Of a stretch of DNA of 64,000 bases, positions 8,237 through 17,059 are shown piece after piece (the stretch's first letter is position 1; each line of letters opens with the position of its first letter). The stretch lies in assembly GCA_963716785.1 (NCBI GenBank), contig CAVQUW010000025.1, positions 70,601 through 134,600 on the forward strand, given 5' to 3'. The DNA comes from an uncultured delta proteobacterium. GTDB taxonomy: Bacteria; Desulfobacterota; Desulfobacteria; Desulfobacterales; SpSt-501. The notes beneath the pieces were generated by a model. It was given only the letters and a program-made list of their open reading frames with translations. It did no database searches and was not told where the DNA came from. Both the position numbers and the translations under genes were made by a program.

Positions 8237-9329
8237 TTACTTGGCCAGCAGCACGCCTTCGATAAAGGGGTCGATGCCGCCGTCGAGCACCTCGTTGATG
8301 TTGCCGATCTCAAGGCCGATGCGGTGATCCTTGACCAGCTGGTAGGGCTGCATCACGTAGGAGCGGATCTGGCTGCCCCAGGCGATCTCCTCCTTGCCTT
8401 CGTGCATCTCCTGCAGCCGTTCCTCCTGTTTCTGCTTTTCGCGCTGGTAGAGCCGGGAGCGCAGCACCTTCATGGCCAGCTCCTTGTTGCGGAACTGGGA
8501 TTTCTCCTGCTGGCACTGCACGACGATCCCGGAGGGCAGGTGGGTGATGCGTACCGCGCTGCTGGTCTTGTTGACGTGCTGGCCGCCGGCGCCGCTGGCG
8601 CGAAAAACATCGATGCGCAGGTCCTTTTCCTCGACATCGACCACGATTTCGTTGTCGAGCTCGGGGAAGACGAACACCGAGGCGAACGAGGTGTGGCGTT
8701 TGCCGCTGGCATTGAAGGGGGAGATGCGCACCAGCCGGTGGACACCGCCTTCGGATTTCAGATAGCCGAAGGCGTTTTCCCCGGAGGCGGTGAAGGTGGC
8801 GCTCTTGATCCCGGCTTCCTCGCCGGGCTGAAAGTCGATCAGCTCGAGCGTGTAGCCTTTGCGCTCCACCCAGCGCGAGTACATGCGAAAAAGGATTTCG
8901 GCCCAGTCCTGGGCCTCGGTGCCGCCGGCGCCGGCGTTGATCGAGACGATGGCGTTTCGGCCGTCGTCCTCACCGTCGAGCATCAGCTCGAGGGCGAAAG
9001 CATCCACCTGGCGCTTGAGGCCGGAAGCCTGCTGCGCCAGATCGCGCAAGGTCTCATCGTCGGACTCCTCAAGGGCCAGCTCAAGGAGCCCCTGGTGGTC
9101 CTCGAGCTCGGCGGTCAGGCGCTTGAAACGGTCAAGGTTGCCGCTCAGGGCGGTGCGCTCCTTCAGGACGGTCTTGGCCTCGTCCGGTTTGTTCCAGAAA
9201 CCTTCCTTGGCGATCAGGGTTTCGATTTCGGCCAGGCGCTTTTCCTTGTCCGGCAGGTCAAAGACAACCTCGGAGGTTTTCAAGCTTGGCAAAGACATCC
9301 TTCAGGGTCTGTTTGATCTCGTGCGACAT
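8237..9329 (-). CDS. prfB: peptide chain release factor 2, with programmed +1 frameshift
   Basis: Frame 0 reads MSHEIKQTLKDVFAKLENLRGCL then TGA. The +1 frame continues DLPDKEKRLAEIE...SPF...GGQHVNKTSSAVRITH (GGQ motif). Confidence 0.95.
9257..9263 (-). other. prfB: RF2 autoregulatory recoding site CTT TGA C
   Basis: On the minus strand the sequence reads CGA GGT TGT CTT TGA C. An internal SD-like GAGG lies 6 nt upstream of the slippery CTT. Confidence 0.9.
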
Positions 9330-9469
9330 GGCGGGTTCCTCCTTCCAATTAAAATATAATGGTTTATTGCGGCCCATCCGTGATTTGCGCGCGGTCGAAC
9401 ACCGCAGCCGCGGAAAGCCGGTGCCGGTTCGGCCTGCGCCGCCCGGCCTCTACGGCCGGATTTCGAATT

Positions 9470-11032
9470 TCAGCGCCGGCGGCGGCGCGCTCCCAGCCAA
9501 CTCAGGGCCACCGCCGCCAGCGCGACCCCCAGGCAGCCGGCGGCGAAGACGTCGCCCCACCGGGTATACACCGTTTGCGTCTCAAGCAGGGGCAGGGGCC
9601 TGACGACGGCGGCCTCCGTCATCAACGCGGTCGGGTCGAGCACCCGGCCCACCGGGTCGACGAACCCGCTGATGCCCGTGTTGGCGGCCCGGACCAGGGC
9701 GCGGCGGTTCTCCACCGCCCGCAGCACCACCAGGGAAAAATGCTGGTAAGGCCCGGCCGTCGTTCCGTACCAGGCGTCGTTGGTGATGTTCACCAAGAGC
9801 GTGGCGCCGTTCTGCGCCATGGCGCGCGACAGGGCCGGGAAAATGATCTCATAGCAGATCTGGATCCCGAGCCGGCGGCCCTGCCACTCTAAAGTGTGCC
9901 CCTTTTTCCCGGCCGCGAAATCGCCGACATGCTCTACGATTTTCCCGAGAAAAGGGAGGTATTCCTTGAACGGCGTGTATTCCCCGAAGGGCACCAGGTG
10001 CGCCTTGTCGTATTTGCCGATCACCTCGGCGCCCGGGCCCAATAAAAAAGCGCTGTTGTAATAATCCGTGGCCTTTTCCCGGGCACGGAACGACGGCGCC
10101 CCGATCAGAAAATGCGCTTCGGCCCCCGCGATCCCCGCGAGCAGCATGCGGGTCGGCGGGACCTCGTGGAACAGGTAAAAAGGCGCAGCCGACTCCGGCC
10201 AGACGACCAATTCGGGATTCAGCGAGAGGGCGGAGCGCGAAAGCCGGAGGTATTTTTCGATCGTGGCGATCTGGAAGGCCGGGTCCCACTTCTGAGACTG
10301 CTCGATGTTGCCCTGAACGGCGCCGATCCGCGCGGTCGGTGCCGCCGCGGCCAGCCGGTCGACCTCCGCGATGCGCACCGTCCCGTACACCCAGGCCGCG
10401 CCCGTCAGCACCCCGGCGGCGACCAGCCCCCCGAGCGCCATCCGGCCCGAGACCGCCTTGTTCTGCCAAGGGCGCCGGAAGCCCGCCAGCACCGCCGTCA
10501 GCAGCGCGGCATTGACAAAGGCCACCAGCGCCGAAATCCCGTACACCCCGAATATATCCGAGATTTGGATCAGATGCAATCGCCGATACTGAGAATACCC
10601 CAGCAGTTCCCAGGGAAAGCCGCTGAACAGAAAAGAGCGCAGGTATTCGGCGCCGACCCATGCCAGCGGGAAAAAGAGGAGCACCCGGGCCGGCGTCCTG
10701 GCGCACAGGGTCAGCGCGCCGGCCAGCGGGGCGGTGGACATCAGGCTGAGGACGCTGGCAAACAGGAACAGAATACCGATGGCGAGGGCGGCCGGGAGGT
10801 GCCCGTAGGTGACCATGGTGGGCACCAGCCAGTAGAGCAGCGAGGCGTAATGGGCGATGCCGAAGATCAGCCCGCGCCGGAAGGCCTCAGCGGGCGCGAC
10901 GTCCCTGAGCAGCCACAGCAGCGGGACCAGGGCCGCCCAGGCCGCCCAGTCCAGATCGATCTTGGGAAAGGCGGCGGTCGCGAGCAGGCCGCCGAGCACG
11001 GCGAGCGCCACGGTTTTGATTTCGGTCTTCAC
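9470..11032 (-). CDS. lnt: apolipoprotein N-acyltransferase
   Basis: 520 aa with a multi-TM N-terminus and a C-terminal nitrilase/CN-hydrolase domain (ICYEIIFP). Confidence 0.9.
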   Translation of the reverse strand: MKTEIKTVALAVLGGLLATAAFPKIDLDWAAWAALVPLLWLLRDVAPAEAFRRGLIFGIAHYASLLYWLVPTMVTYGHLPAALAIGILFLFASVLSLMSTAPLAGALTLCARTPARVLLFFPLAWVGAEYLRSFLFSGFPWELLGYSQYRRLHLIQISDIFGVYGISALVAFVNAALLTAVLAGFRRPWQNKAVSGRMALGGLVAAGVLTGAAWVYGTVRIAEVDRLAAAAPTARIGAVQGNIEQSQKWDPAFQIATIEKYLRLSRSALSLNPELVVWPESAAPFYLFHEVPPTRMLLAGIAGAEAHFLIGAPSFRAREKATDYYNSAFLLGPGAEVIGKYDKAHLVPFGEYTPFKEYLPFLGKIVEHVGDFAAGKKGHTLEWQGRRLGIQICYEIIFPALSRAMAQNGATLLVNITNDAWYGTTAGPYQHFSLVVLRAVENRRALVRAANTGISGFVDPVGRVLDPTALMTEAAVVRPLPLLETQTVYTRWGDVFAAGCLGVALAAVALSWLGARRRRR

Positions 11033-11155
11033 TTACTCCCTCGAATTTGAAGCAGCGGCAACGGGCGGCTATCTTCCTTGAAAACACCTTCGGCTGTCAA
11101 CAGGAATCGGGCCGCCGGAGGTGACCATCTGTGGCGATCCGTCTTTTTTTCCTAT

Positions 11156-11221
11156 GGGCTAAAAGCCTTCAGTCTTCAGTCTTCAGCCTGCTTTTAGTGC
11201 TAAAAGTCATCCCGCTTGACA
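11156..11221 (+). repeat. intergenic element family A, copy a (CTAAAAG stem, 3x CTTCAGY heptamers, AAGTCATC box)
   Basis: gggctaaaagCCTTCAGTCTTCAGTCTTCAGCCTgcttttagtgctaAAAGTCATCccgcTTGACa. Related copies at 26435 and 56346. Confidence 0.7.
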
Positions 11222-11244
11222 TTTGCCCTCGCGGCAGTGAATAT
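11216..11244 (+). promoter_or_regulatory. candidate sigma70 promoter (TTGACA-17 nt-GAATAT)
   Basis: TTGACA at 11216-11221 and GAATAT at 11239-11244, upstream of the gene at 11332. Confidence 0.4.
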
Positions 11245-11331
11245 CGCCATAGGTCGAATCAGCGCCGAAAACCCGAATCGCCGGGGCGGTCGCATGCCCC
11301 AGCATGTCCGCTCCGACAGAAAGGACCCGCC

Positions 11332-11709
11332 ATGCCGAACCCCATCGTTGTAGAGATCAAGACCGTTGCGCTGCGCGGCGAGTTTTTCGACACCCCGGCC
11401 GGCCGGGCCATGGCCGATGCTCTGCCCATTGAATGCCGTTGGTCGCGCTGGGGTGATGAATACTACGGGGCCACCCGGCCTGCTTTCGGTGTCTTCCCGG
11501 GCGAGACGACCGACCGCATGGAAGTGGGGGACCTGGCCTACCACGCGGAGAGCGGTTGGTTTTGCCTTTTTTTCGGGCCGACCCCGGCCAGCCGCGATCG
11601 GGAGCCGCGCGCCGCGGTCCCGGTCCTGAAGGTCGGAAGAGTCGACGGGGATTGGGACGCGGTCAAGGCTCTCGGGCCGGCGGTCGCGGCCACCGTCCGG
11701 GCGGCGTGA
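11332..11709 (+). CDS. cyclophilin-like-fold family protein
   Basis: 125 aa from ATG 11332 (MPNPIVVEIKTVALRGEFFDTPAGRAMADALP...GWFCLFFGPTP). This pattern is typical of the cyclophilin-like superfamily of small proteins. Confidence 0.6.
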   Translation: MPNPIVVEIKTVALRGEFFDTPAGRAMADALPIECRWSRWGDEYYGATRPAFGVFPGETTDRMEVGDLAYHAESGWFCLFFGPTPASRDREPRAAVPVLKVGRVDGDWDAVKALGPAVAATVRAA

Positions 11710-11737
11710 GCCGCCTCGCCCCGCGCCCTCTTCGGAT

Positions 11738-11767
11738 GTAAACCAATTGAGCCCACGGGTCGTCTAA
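11738..11767 (+). promoter_or_regulatory. ECF-type promoter (GTAAACC-N16/17-CGTCTAA)
   Basis: An AAC...CGTC spacing of 17 nt matches the generic ECF sigma autoregulated promoter architecture. It lies 60 nt upstream of the sigma gene ORF. Confidence 0.5.
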
Positions 11768-11827
11768 CCTGTTCAAAACTCAGCATTTGGACCCGGCAAG
11801 AGACCAAGAACGAAGATTCGCAAGCGG

Positions 11828-12604
11828 GTGACATCATCCATCATCGTGAAGGCGAGCGAACCGATAAGGCGTATCGAGGAACCGGCCGCGGTGAAAGCAC
11901 CGGATGGGGTTTCCGGCGGGTGCGAGAGTGTGGATAACCAGAAACCATCCGATTCGACCAACCGGGGCAGCCGGTCCGGCCCGGACCCAAAAGCGAGGCC
12001 TTCCGATCCATCGGATGAAGCCGAGCTGGTTCGACGCGCCCGCAATGACGACCCCCGGGCCATCGACCAGTTGCTGCGCCGTTACCAGCAGAAAGTCTAC
12101 GGGATCGCTTACCAGCTTTGCGGTTTCGACAAGGATGAGGCCCAGGACAGCGCCCAGGAGGCCATGCTGCAGGTGTTCCGCAACCTCAAGCAGTTCGAGG
12201 GGCGTTCGCGGTTTTCGACCTGGCTGCATCGGGTGGTCGTCAACAGCTGCCTGGACGCTCGTCGCCGCCGCCGGCGTTGGACCCAGGTCATCTTCCCCTG
12301 GCGGGCGGAGCGGCAAGAGGACGCCGATTCAAGGACCGCGCTCGAAAGAATCCCCGATCCGCAAGACGGGGGAGACGCCTTGTCGAGGGTGGGCGGCCGC
12401 GAGCTGCGGCGGGACTTGCTCGCGACGCTCAAGTCGCTCTCCGAAAAGCAGCGGACGGTCTTCGAGCTGAAGGTGCTGCAGGAGATGAGCATCGCAGAGA
12501 TCGCCGCCATCACCGGGATGGCCGAGGGGACGGTCAAAACGCATTTGTTCCGCGCCACCCAGGCGGTACGAACCCGGCTGAGCCGCTGGGCGGAAACGCT
12601 CTAG
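11828..12604 (+). CDS. RNA polymerase ECF sigma factor (start codon uncertain; about 60-aa low-complexity N-terminal extension if GTG 11828 is used)
   Basis: Region 2 (ELVRRARNDDPRAIDQLLRRYQQKVYGIAYQL) and region 4 (MSIAEIAAITGMAEGTVKTHLFRA) are both recognisable. Confidence 0.85.
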   Translation: MTSSIIVKASEPIRRIEEPAAVKAPDGVSGGCESVDNQKPSDSTNRGSRSGPDPKARPSDPSDEAELVRRARNDDPRAIDQLLRRYQQKVYGIAYQLCGFDKDEAQDSAQEAMLQVFRNLKQFEGRSRFSTWLHRVVVNSCLDARRRRRRWTQVIFPWRAERQEDADSRTALERIPDPQDGGDALSRVGGRELRRDLLATLKSLSEKQRTVFELKVLQEMSIAEIAAITGMAEGTVKTHLFRATQAVRTRLSRWAETL

Positions 12605-12666
12605 CAAGCGCTCTCCCCGTCGCTTCCCGCGGGGACTTTAGGACGAACCAGGAAAGGAGAGTTCCC

Positions 12667-13236
12667 ATGCAGGCCTGTCGCAGCCATAAAGAGACGTTGT
12701 TGCTTGATGTTTTTGGGGAAATCGCCGATCCAGGGGCGCGCCGCAACTGGGAAATTCACTTGAGGGACTGCGCGGGTTGCCGGCTGGAAAGAAGGCGGAT
12801 GGGGGATCTGATTGCGAATCTGAAGGCGGCGGGAACTCCGCCCGAGCTGACTCCGGCCAAGGCGCAGGCAATGGCGGCCCGCATCGAGGGGTCTCTCGGG
12901 GATCGGGTCAAAACAGCCGACCGCCCCCGCTGGAAGTTTATGGGGATGCCGGCCTTGGCGGCTGCCTGTGCGCTGGTGGTGATCAGCGTGGCGGGATACC
13001 TGGTTCAAGGACGGTTCTTCGAACCGGCGCGGGTCGCGGGGATCGGGTCTGAAATCCATGTGCCCGATCAGGATCTGGATGTGATCAAACACTTGGATTT
13101 TTTGAAGGAAATGGACACACTCGAAAAGCTGGTGCATGTCGTCGATCTGCCCGACAACGGCCAGGCGCCGGATGACGGGCAACAGCCTGAAACCCAGGGA
13201 AAGAAAACGGATGGCAACGACCATGGGTACGCATGA
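12667..13236 (+). CDS. anti-sigma factor (zf-HC2 type) with one TM segment
   Basis: MQACRSHKETLLLDVFGEIADPGARRNWEIHLRDCAGCRLE carries the H-x3-C-x2-C motif. A TM helix (PALAAACALVVISVAGYLV) follows. It lies immediately after the ECF sigma gene. Confidence 0.8.
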   Translation: MQACRSHKETLLLDVFGEIADPGARRNWEIHLRDCAGCRLERRRMGDLIANLKAAGTPPELTPAKAQAMAARIEGSLGDRVKTADRPRWKFMGMPALAAACALVVISVAGYLVQGRFFEPARVAGIGSEIHVPDQDLDVIKHLDFLKEMDTLEKLVHVVDLPDNGQAPDDGQQPETQGKKTDGNDHGYA

Positions 13237-13678
13237 ACGGTGTGGCCTGCTATGCCGCCGGGCGGCTCTTTGGTTGGCGGCGGCCTTGATGGTGCTCCAC
13301 ACGGGTGGGCAGGCCCTCGGGGCCGACACCCGGCCGTGGAAGGGGATTGCGCCGGCCGGCCTGCTGATGGCCGCCGGCAAGGACCAGGACTCGGGTGGCC
13401 GGAACCTGGACAGCCTTTCGCCTGAAGAAAAAGCCCGTCTTCAACGCCAGTACAAGGAATGGAAATCCATGCCGCCGGACCAGAAGGAAAACCTGCGCCG
13501 GCGCATGGACGAATGGAACAAGATGCCTTCCGGGGACCGCCAGCGCTATCAGGAGCGTTATCAAAAATGGAAACAGGTGCCGCCGGATGAGCGTCGCAAG
13601 CTCGAAAAAAACCTCCAGCAATGGGAGAATCTTTCACCGCAGGAGCGGGATACCATTCGGCAGCGCTTCAGGAACTGA
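13211..13678 (+). CDS. DUF3106-like secreted protein with repeated W-x-x-(M/L/V)-(P/S) motifs
   Basis: Signal-like N-terminus, then repeats such as YKEWKSMPPDQKENLRRRMDEWNKMPSGDRQRYQERYQKWKQVPPDERRKLEKNLQQWENLSPQER. This is a typical third gene of such ECF modules. The start could be 13211 or 13223. Confidence 0.7.
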   Translation: MATTMGTHERCGLLCRRAALWLAAALMVLHTGGQALGADTRPWKGIAPAGLLMAAGKDQDSGGRNLDSLSPEEKARLQRQYKEWKSMPPDQKENLRRRMDEWNKMPSGDRQRYQERYQKWKQVPPDERRKLEKNLQQWENLSPQERDTIRQRFRN

Positions 13679-13847
13679 TGATGGCTTTGTAAATGGCCCG
13701 ATTTCTGCGTTGCGCTTTCCAGCCAGGGTGGGAAGGTCGCTTCGGCGCGTCGGCTGAACCGCGATCGCGTCTGCCCTCCACCGATCACCGCCGGCCCCCC
13801 GTGTGCCCGGGCCCGGCCTTTGAGCATCACCCCTGCCTGAAAAACCC

Positions 13848-13892
13848 ATATTACCCGCCCCCGCCCACCAGACACCGCCGGCGGGTTTTTTG
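13848..13892 (+). terminator. candidate intrinsic terminator of the ECF operon
   Basis: A GC stem (ACCCGCC...GGCGGGT / CCGCCGGCGG) is followed by TTTTTT at 13886-13891. Confidence 0.45.
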
Positions 13893-13962
13893 TCTCGCCT
13901 GATACATGTTCGATCTTCAGACGTTCTTGTTTGGAATACCAAATATTGTGTGATAATTATGC

Positions 13963-13992
13963 TTGACACACTATATCTCTATTGGATATAAT
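13963..13992 (+). promoter_or_regulatory. near-consensus sigma70 promoter (TTGACA-18 nt-TATAAT) in an AT-rich patch
   Basis: TTGACA at 13963-13968 and TATAAT at 13987-13992. The surrounding 13.90-14.06 kb is conspicuously AT-rich. Confidence 0.6.
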
Positions 13993-13998
13993 TTTACA

Positions 13999-14204
13999 TA
14001 TTCGCAATAAACTGATAACTATCTGTTTTGAAATACAATTTAATCATAACCAGATAGGCTGGCCGGCCATCGCACGGTCGACTGCCTGAAGGAGCGGCAA
14101 ATCCGGTCTCAGGGCCGACACCCCGACCGCAAACCTGTATCGAGACAATCCCAAGGGGCATTTCCGCCGGGTCAGGCTGCCGAGGCAGATTCTTCGGTTT
14201 TTTT
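13999..14204 (+). promoter_or_regulatory. structured 5' leader / riboswitch candidate ending in an intrinsic terminator, upstream of the ATP-grasp gene
   Basis: A GC-rich core spans 14050-14185. The terminator is CCGAGG-cagatt-CTTCGG followed by T7 (14180-14204). An AGAGGAGG RBS and GTG 14271 follow. Confidence 0.55.
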
Positions 14205-14270
14205 ACTCGAAGGTTCGTGAATTGCCGGCATCGCCATACTGATCCGAGGGATGCACAGAGGAGGTTTGAA

Positions 14271-15304
14271 GTGGCCGACAAATTTCCTCCGGCGGAAATG
14301 AGCGTGTTGCTGTTGTGCGACATCGACCCGGAATGGACCCTTGCCGAAAAAGGGGAAGTCACCTCGGCCTACTCCCGTCTCAGCGAGGCACTTGCCGCCT
14401 CCGGTTACGCCATCGACCTGCTGCCGGTAATCGATTCGCATCTGCCCGAACGACTCAACTCATTCGACGCCCGGCGCCATCTGTTGTTCAACTGGTGCGA
14501 CGGGATCCCCGGTGTCCAGAACAGCGAGTGGATCGTGGTGCGGGAGCTCGAACAGCAGGGGTTTGTGTTCACCGGCTCCGGGTCCGCCACGCTTGCTTTG
14601 AGCTACGACAAGGAGCGCGTCAAGACGATCATGGACCGGTTGGGCATCCCCACCCCCCGCTGGCGGGTCTACCGCACTTCGCGGGAAAATGGATGGCACG
14701 CATTCCCGGCGATCGTCAAGCCTGCTTTCGGTCACTGCAGCGAGTGGCTCACCTCGGAGTCGGTGGTGATGGATGAGGCCGAGCTCAAAGCGCAGATCGC
14801 ATACCTGGTCGAGGACCTGAAGCTGCCCGCGCTGGTCGAGGACTTCATCGACGGCCGCGAGTTTCACGTTTCCCTGTGGGGCAACGGCCGGGTCGAGATG
14901 CTGCCCCCGGCGGAGATGGACTTTTCCGCCTTCTGCGATGTGCACGACCGCCTCTGCACCTACGACGCCAAGTTCATCCCGGGGTCCCGGCACTACGAAA
15001 ACATCCAGACCCTGCTGCCCTCCCCTCTCGGCGAAGGCGAGCGGGTCGAGCTCGAAAGCGTGTGCCGGGCCGCCTACAAGGCCATCGGCTGCCGGGACTA
15101 CGGCCGCATCGATCTGAGGCTGCGCGACGGGGTGTTCTACGTGCTCGACATCAACCCCAACCCGGACATCAGCGAGGACGCCAGCATGGCCAGCGCCGCC
15201 GTCAGCGCCGGCTACTCGCATGGGGACATGGCGAGCACCCTCATCCGGCTCGCGGCCAAACGCCACCCGGTCTTCGGGGGGACAACGGGTCGGAGCCCCA
15301 CTGA
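14271..15304 (+). pseudogene. D-alanine--D-alanine ligase-family ATP-grasp enzyme; reading frame lost at the G6 run 15276-15281
   Basis: GTG 14271 follows a GAGGAGG RBS. ATP-grasp motifs are present (PAIVKPAFGHCSEW, EDFIDGREFHVSLWG, RIDLRLRDGVFYVLDINPNPD). The frame has no stop until 16217. A shift at the G-run gives ..PVFGGDNGSEPH* ending at 15304. Confidence 0.75.
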
Positions 15305-15315
15305 GGGGCCCCGGC

Positions 15316-16313
15316 TCAATCCCGGTGCTGCCGCCAGGGCAGTGAAAATTTGGCCCGCCCCTCTTGGTCGAAGATTCCCCAATGCGGACCGACCCCGCCG
15401 GTCTCGGACTTCCAGGGCTCGTCGAACATCTCGAACAGGAACAGGGACAGGCTCCTCGGTCGCCGGAGTACCGGGAGAGGTCGGTGATGAACCGGCGCTG
15501 GTTGTCGACACCGGGGAGGGCCGGCCCGTTCGGCTGCCCGGCGCTCGGCCACCCGGTTTCACCGATGACGAGCGGCTTCCCGTACAACTGCCGCAAACGC
15601 CGCAGCGATGCGTCGAGGTTGCCGCTGACCGCGGTCTCGATCGGTGCGGGGGCGAAAAACGGGTGGATGTTCACCATGACGGCATCGCTGTGCGCCGCCA
15701 GCTGCCGGCCCTGGGTCAGGTGGTTTTTGACGGCCGCCAGCATGGACATCGCGGTGGTGACCACGACCGGCCGGCCGGCCAGGGCTTTTTTGACCTGGTC
15801 GAGGTCCGCGATCAGCTGATCGATGCCGACCGGCCGGCCGCAGGCCTCGGGTTCGCCGGCCAGACATTCGTTGCCGACGACGATGCCGGCCACGTTGGGC
15901 AAGGTCTGCGCCAGGCGCACGGCCTCCTCCAGCTGGGCGCGGGTGCTGCGGGGGTCGCCGCGGTCGTCGTGGTTGAGCCCGCACTCGTAGACGCCCAGGA
16001 AAAACGACAGGTGCGGGTGGCTGCGGGCGGCCAGGGCGGGCAGCCGGTTCAGGCCGTTGTCCAGGCCGTAGGTGCGGATGCGACGGAACCCGGCCCGCGA
16101 CATCTGCTCGAGATCCTCGGTCAGCTGGGCGTCGGAAACGGGTTTGCCGAGCCCCGGGTGCTGGCCGATGCGGTGAAAAGGGCCATAGTTGATCCCGGGT
16201 ACCGGCCGGTCCTGTGAATGCGTCAGGGCCGGGCAGATCAGCGCCGCGGCGGCTACCGCCAGCAGACGCCACAGCGGCCGCCACCCTCCGGCGGGGCGTC
16301 CCGTGCGGTTCAC
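15316..16313 (-). pseudogene. glycoside hydrolase family 17 (beta-1,3-glucanase-like), secreted; 1-nt frame break near 15453
   Basis: Signal peptide, then GINYGP..., NECL and ETGWPSAG motifs. The C-terminal FEMFDEPWK..GPHWGIFD is in another frame (ORF 15316..15552). Confidence 0.8.
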
Positions 16314-16825
16314 CGCTTGACCCGTTTCCAGCGCATCAGATACCCCTCGCGCACACCGAAGCGCGCCGCAAAACCGGCTTTGGCCTCGACCACGGTCAAG
16401 GCATCCCCGGTGGAGCCATAGGTTTGATCGGAGCGCGGGGTGGTCTGCGCGGCGATGTTCAGGACCCGGCCGCGGGCGTCGATGAAGATGATGTCGAGCG
16501 AGGTGGGCGTGTTGCGCATCCAGAAGACCTGCGGCGCGGCCCGCTCGAAAAGAAAAAGCATGCCGCCCATGTGATCGGGGAGCACCCGGCCCATCAGCCC
16601 GACGGCGCGGGTTTCAATGGTGTCGGCGATCTCCACCACCAGGCTGGCGGCGCTCGAACCGTCCGGGCGTAAAAACTCCACCACGGCATCCGGGCGGATG
16701 ACGGGACCGGCGTGGGCCGCGGTGACCGTGAGCAGGCAGACCGCCGCCAAGGCCGACAGCAGGCGATCGGGCCGCATGGGCCTGGGAGTGTCGGGTGATA
16801 TGCGCATCGCGCAGCCTTTCTTCAA
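16310..16825 (-). CDS. DUF192 domain protein (secreted)
   Basis: 171 aa with the DTIETRAVGLMGR...GMLFLF...FWMRNTPTSLDIIFID pattern. It overlaps the GH17 start by 4 nt. Confidence 0.8.
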   Translation of the reverse strand: MKKGCAMRISPDTPRPMRPDRLLSALAAVCLLTVTAAHAGPVIRPDAVVEFLRPDGSSAASLVVEIADTIETRAVGLMGRVLPDHMGGMLFLFERAAPQVFWMRNTPTSLDIIFIDARGRVLNIAAQTTPRSDQTYGSTGDALTVVEAKAGFAARFGVREGYLMRWKRVKR

Positions 16826-17059
16826 TCGGCCGTCGCGGCCCCCACGGGCCGGGGCCGGACACGGTTGACTTTTGCGGCGGATAGAATCTGACTTGCTGCA
16901 TTAGCATGGGATCGAGGCCAAACGCAAACCGAGCGGGCCGCAGGGCGTCCGGGTTGCCGGACCGGTTGCCGTGGTACTCTTGGTGACCCCCCGGCGCAAC
17001 AAACCACCAGTAGGGCGCCGGTGAACCGGGTGTATAAAACCCTTTTTCGAGGAGGGCGG

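Noticed and set aside
14217-16217. 666-aa ORF that looks like a giant ATP-grasp fusion protein
   Set aside because: Only the first about 340 codons are Ddl-like. The rest is antisense to the well-supported GH17 gene and has Arg/Gly/Pro-rich, GC-driven composition. The ORF runs on because a frame break at the G-run 15276-15281 removes the natural stop at 15302-15304.
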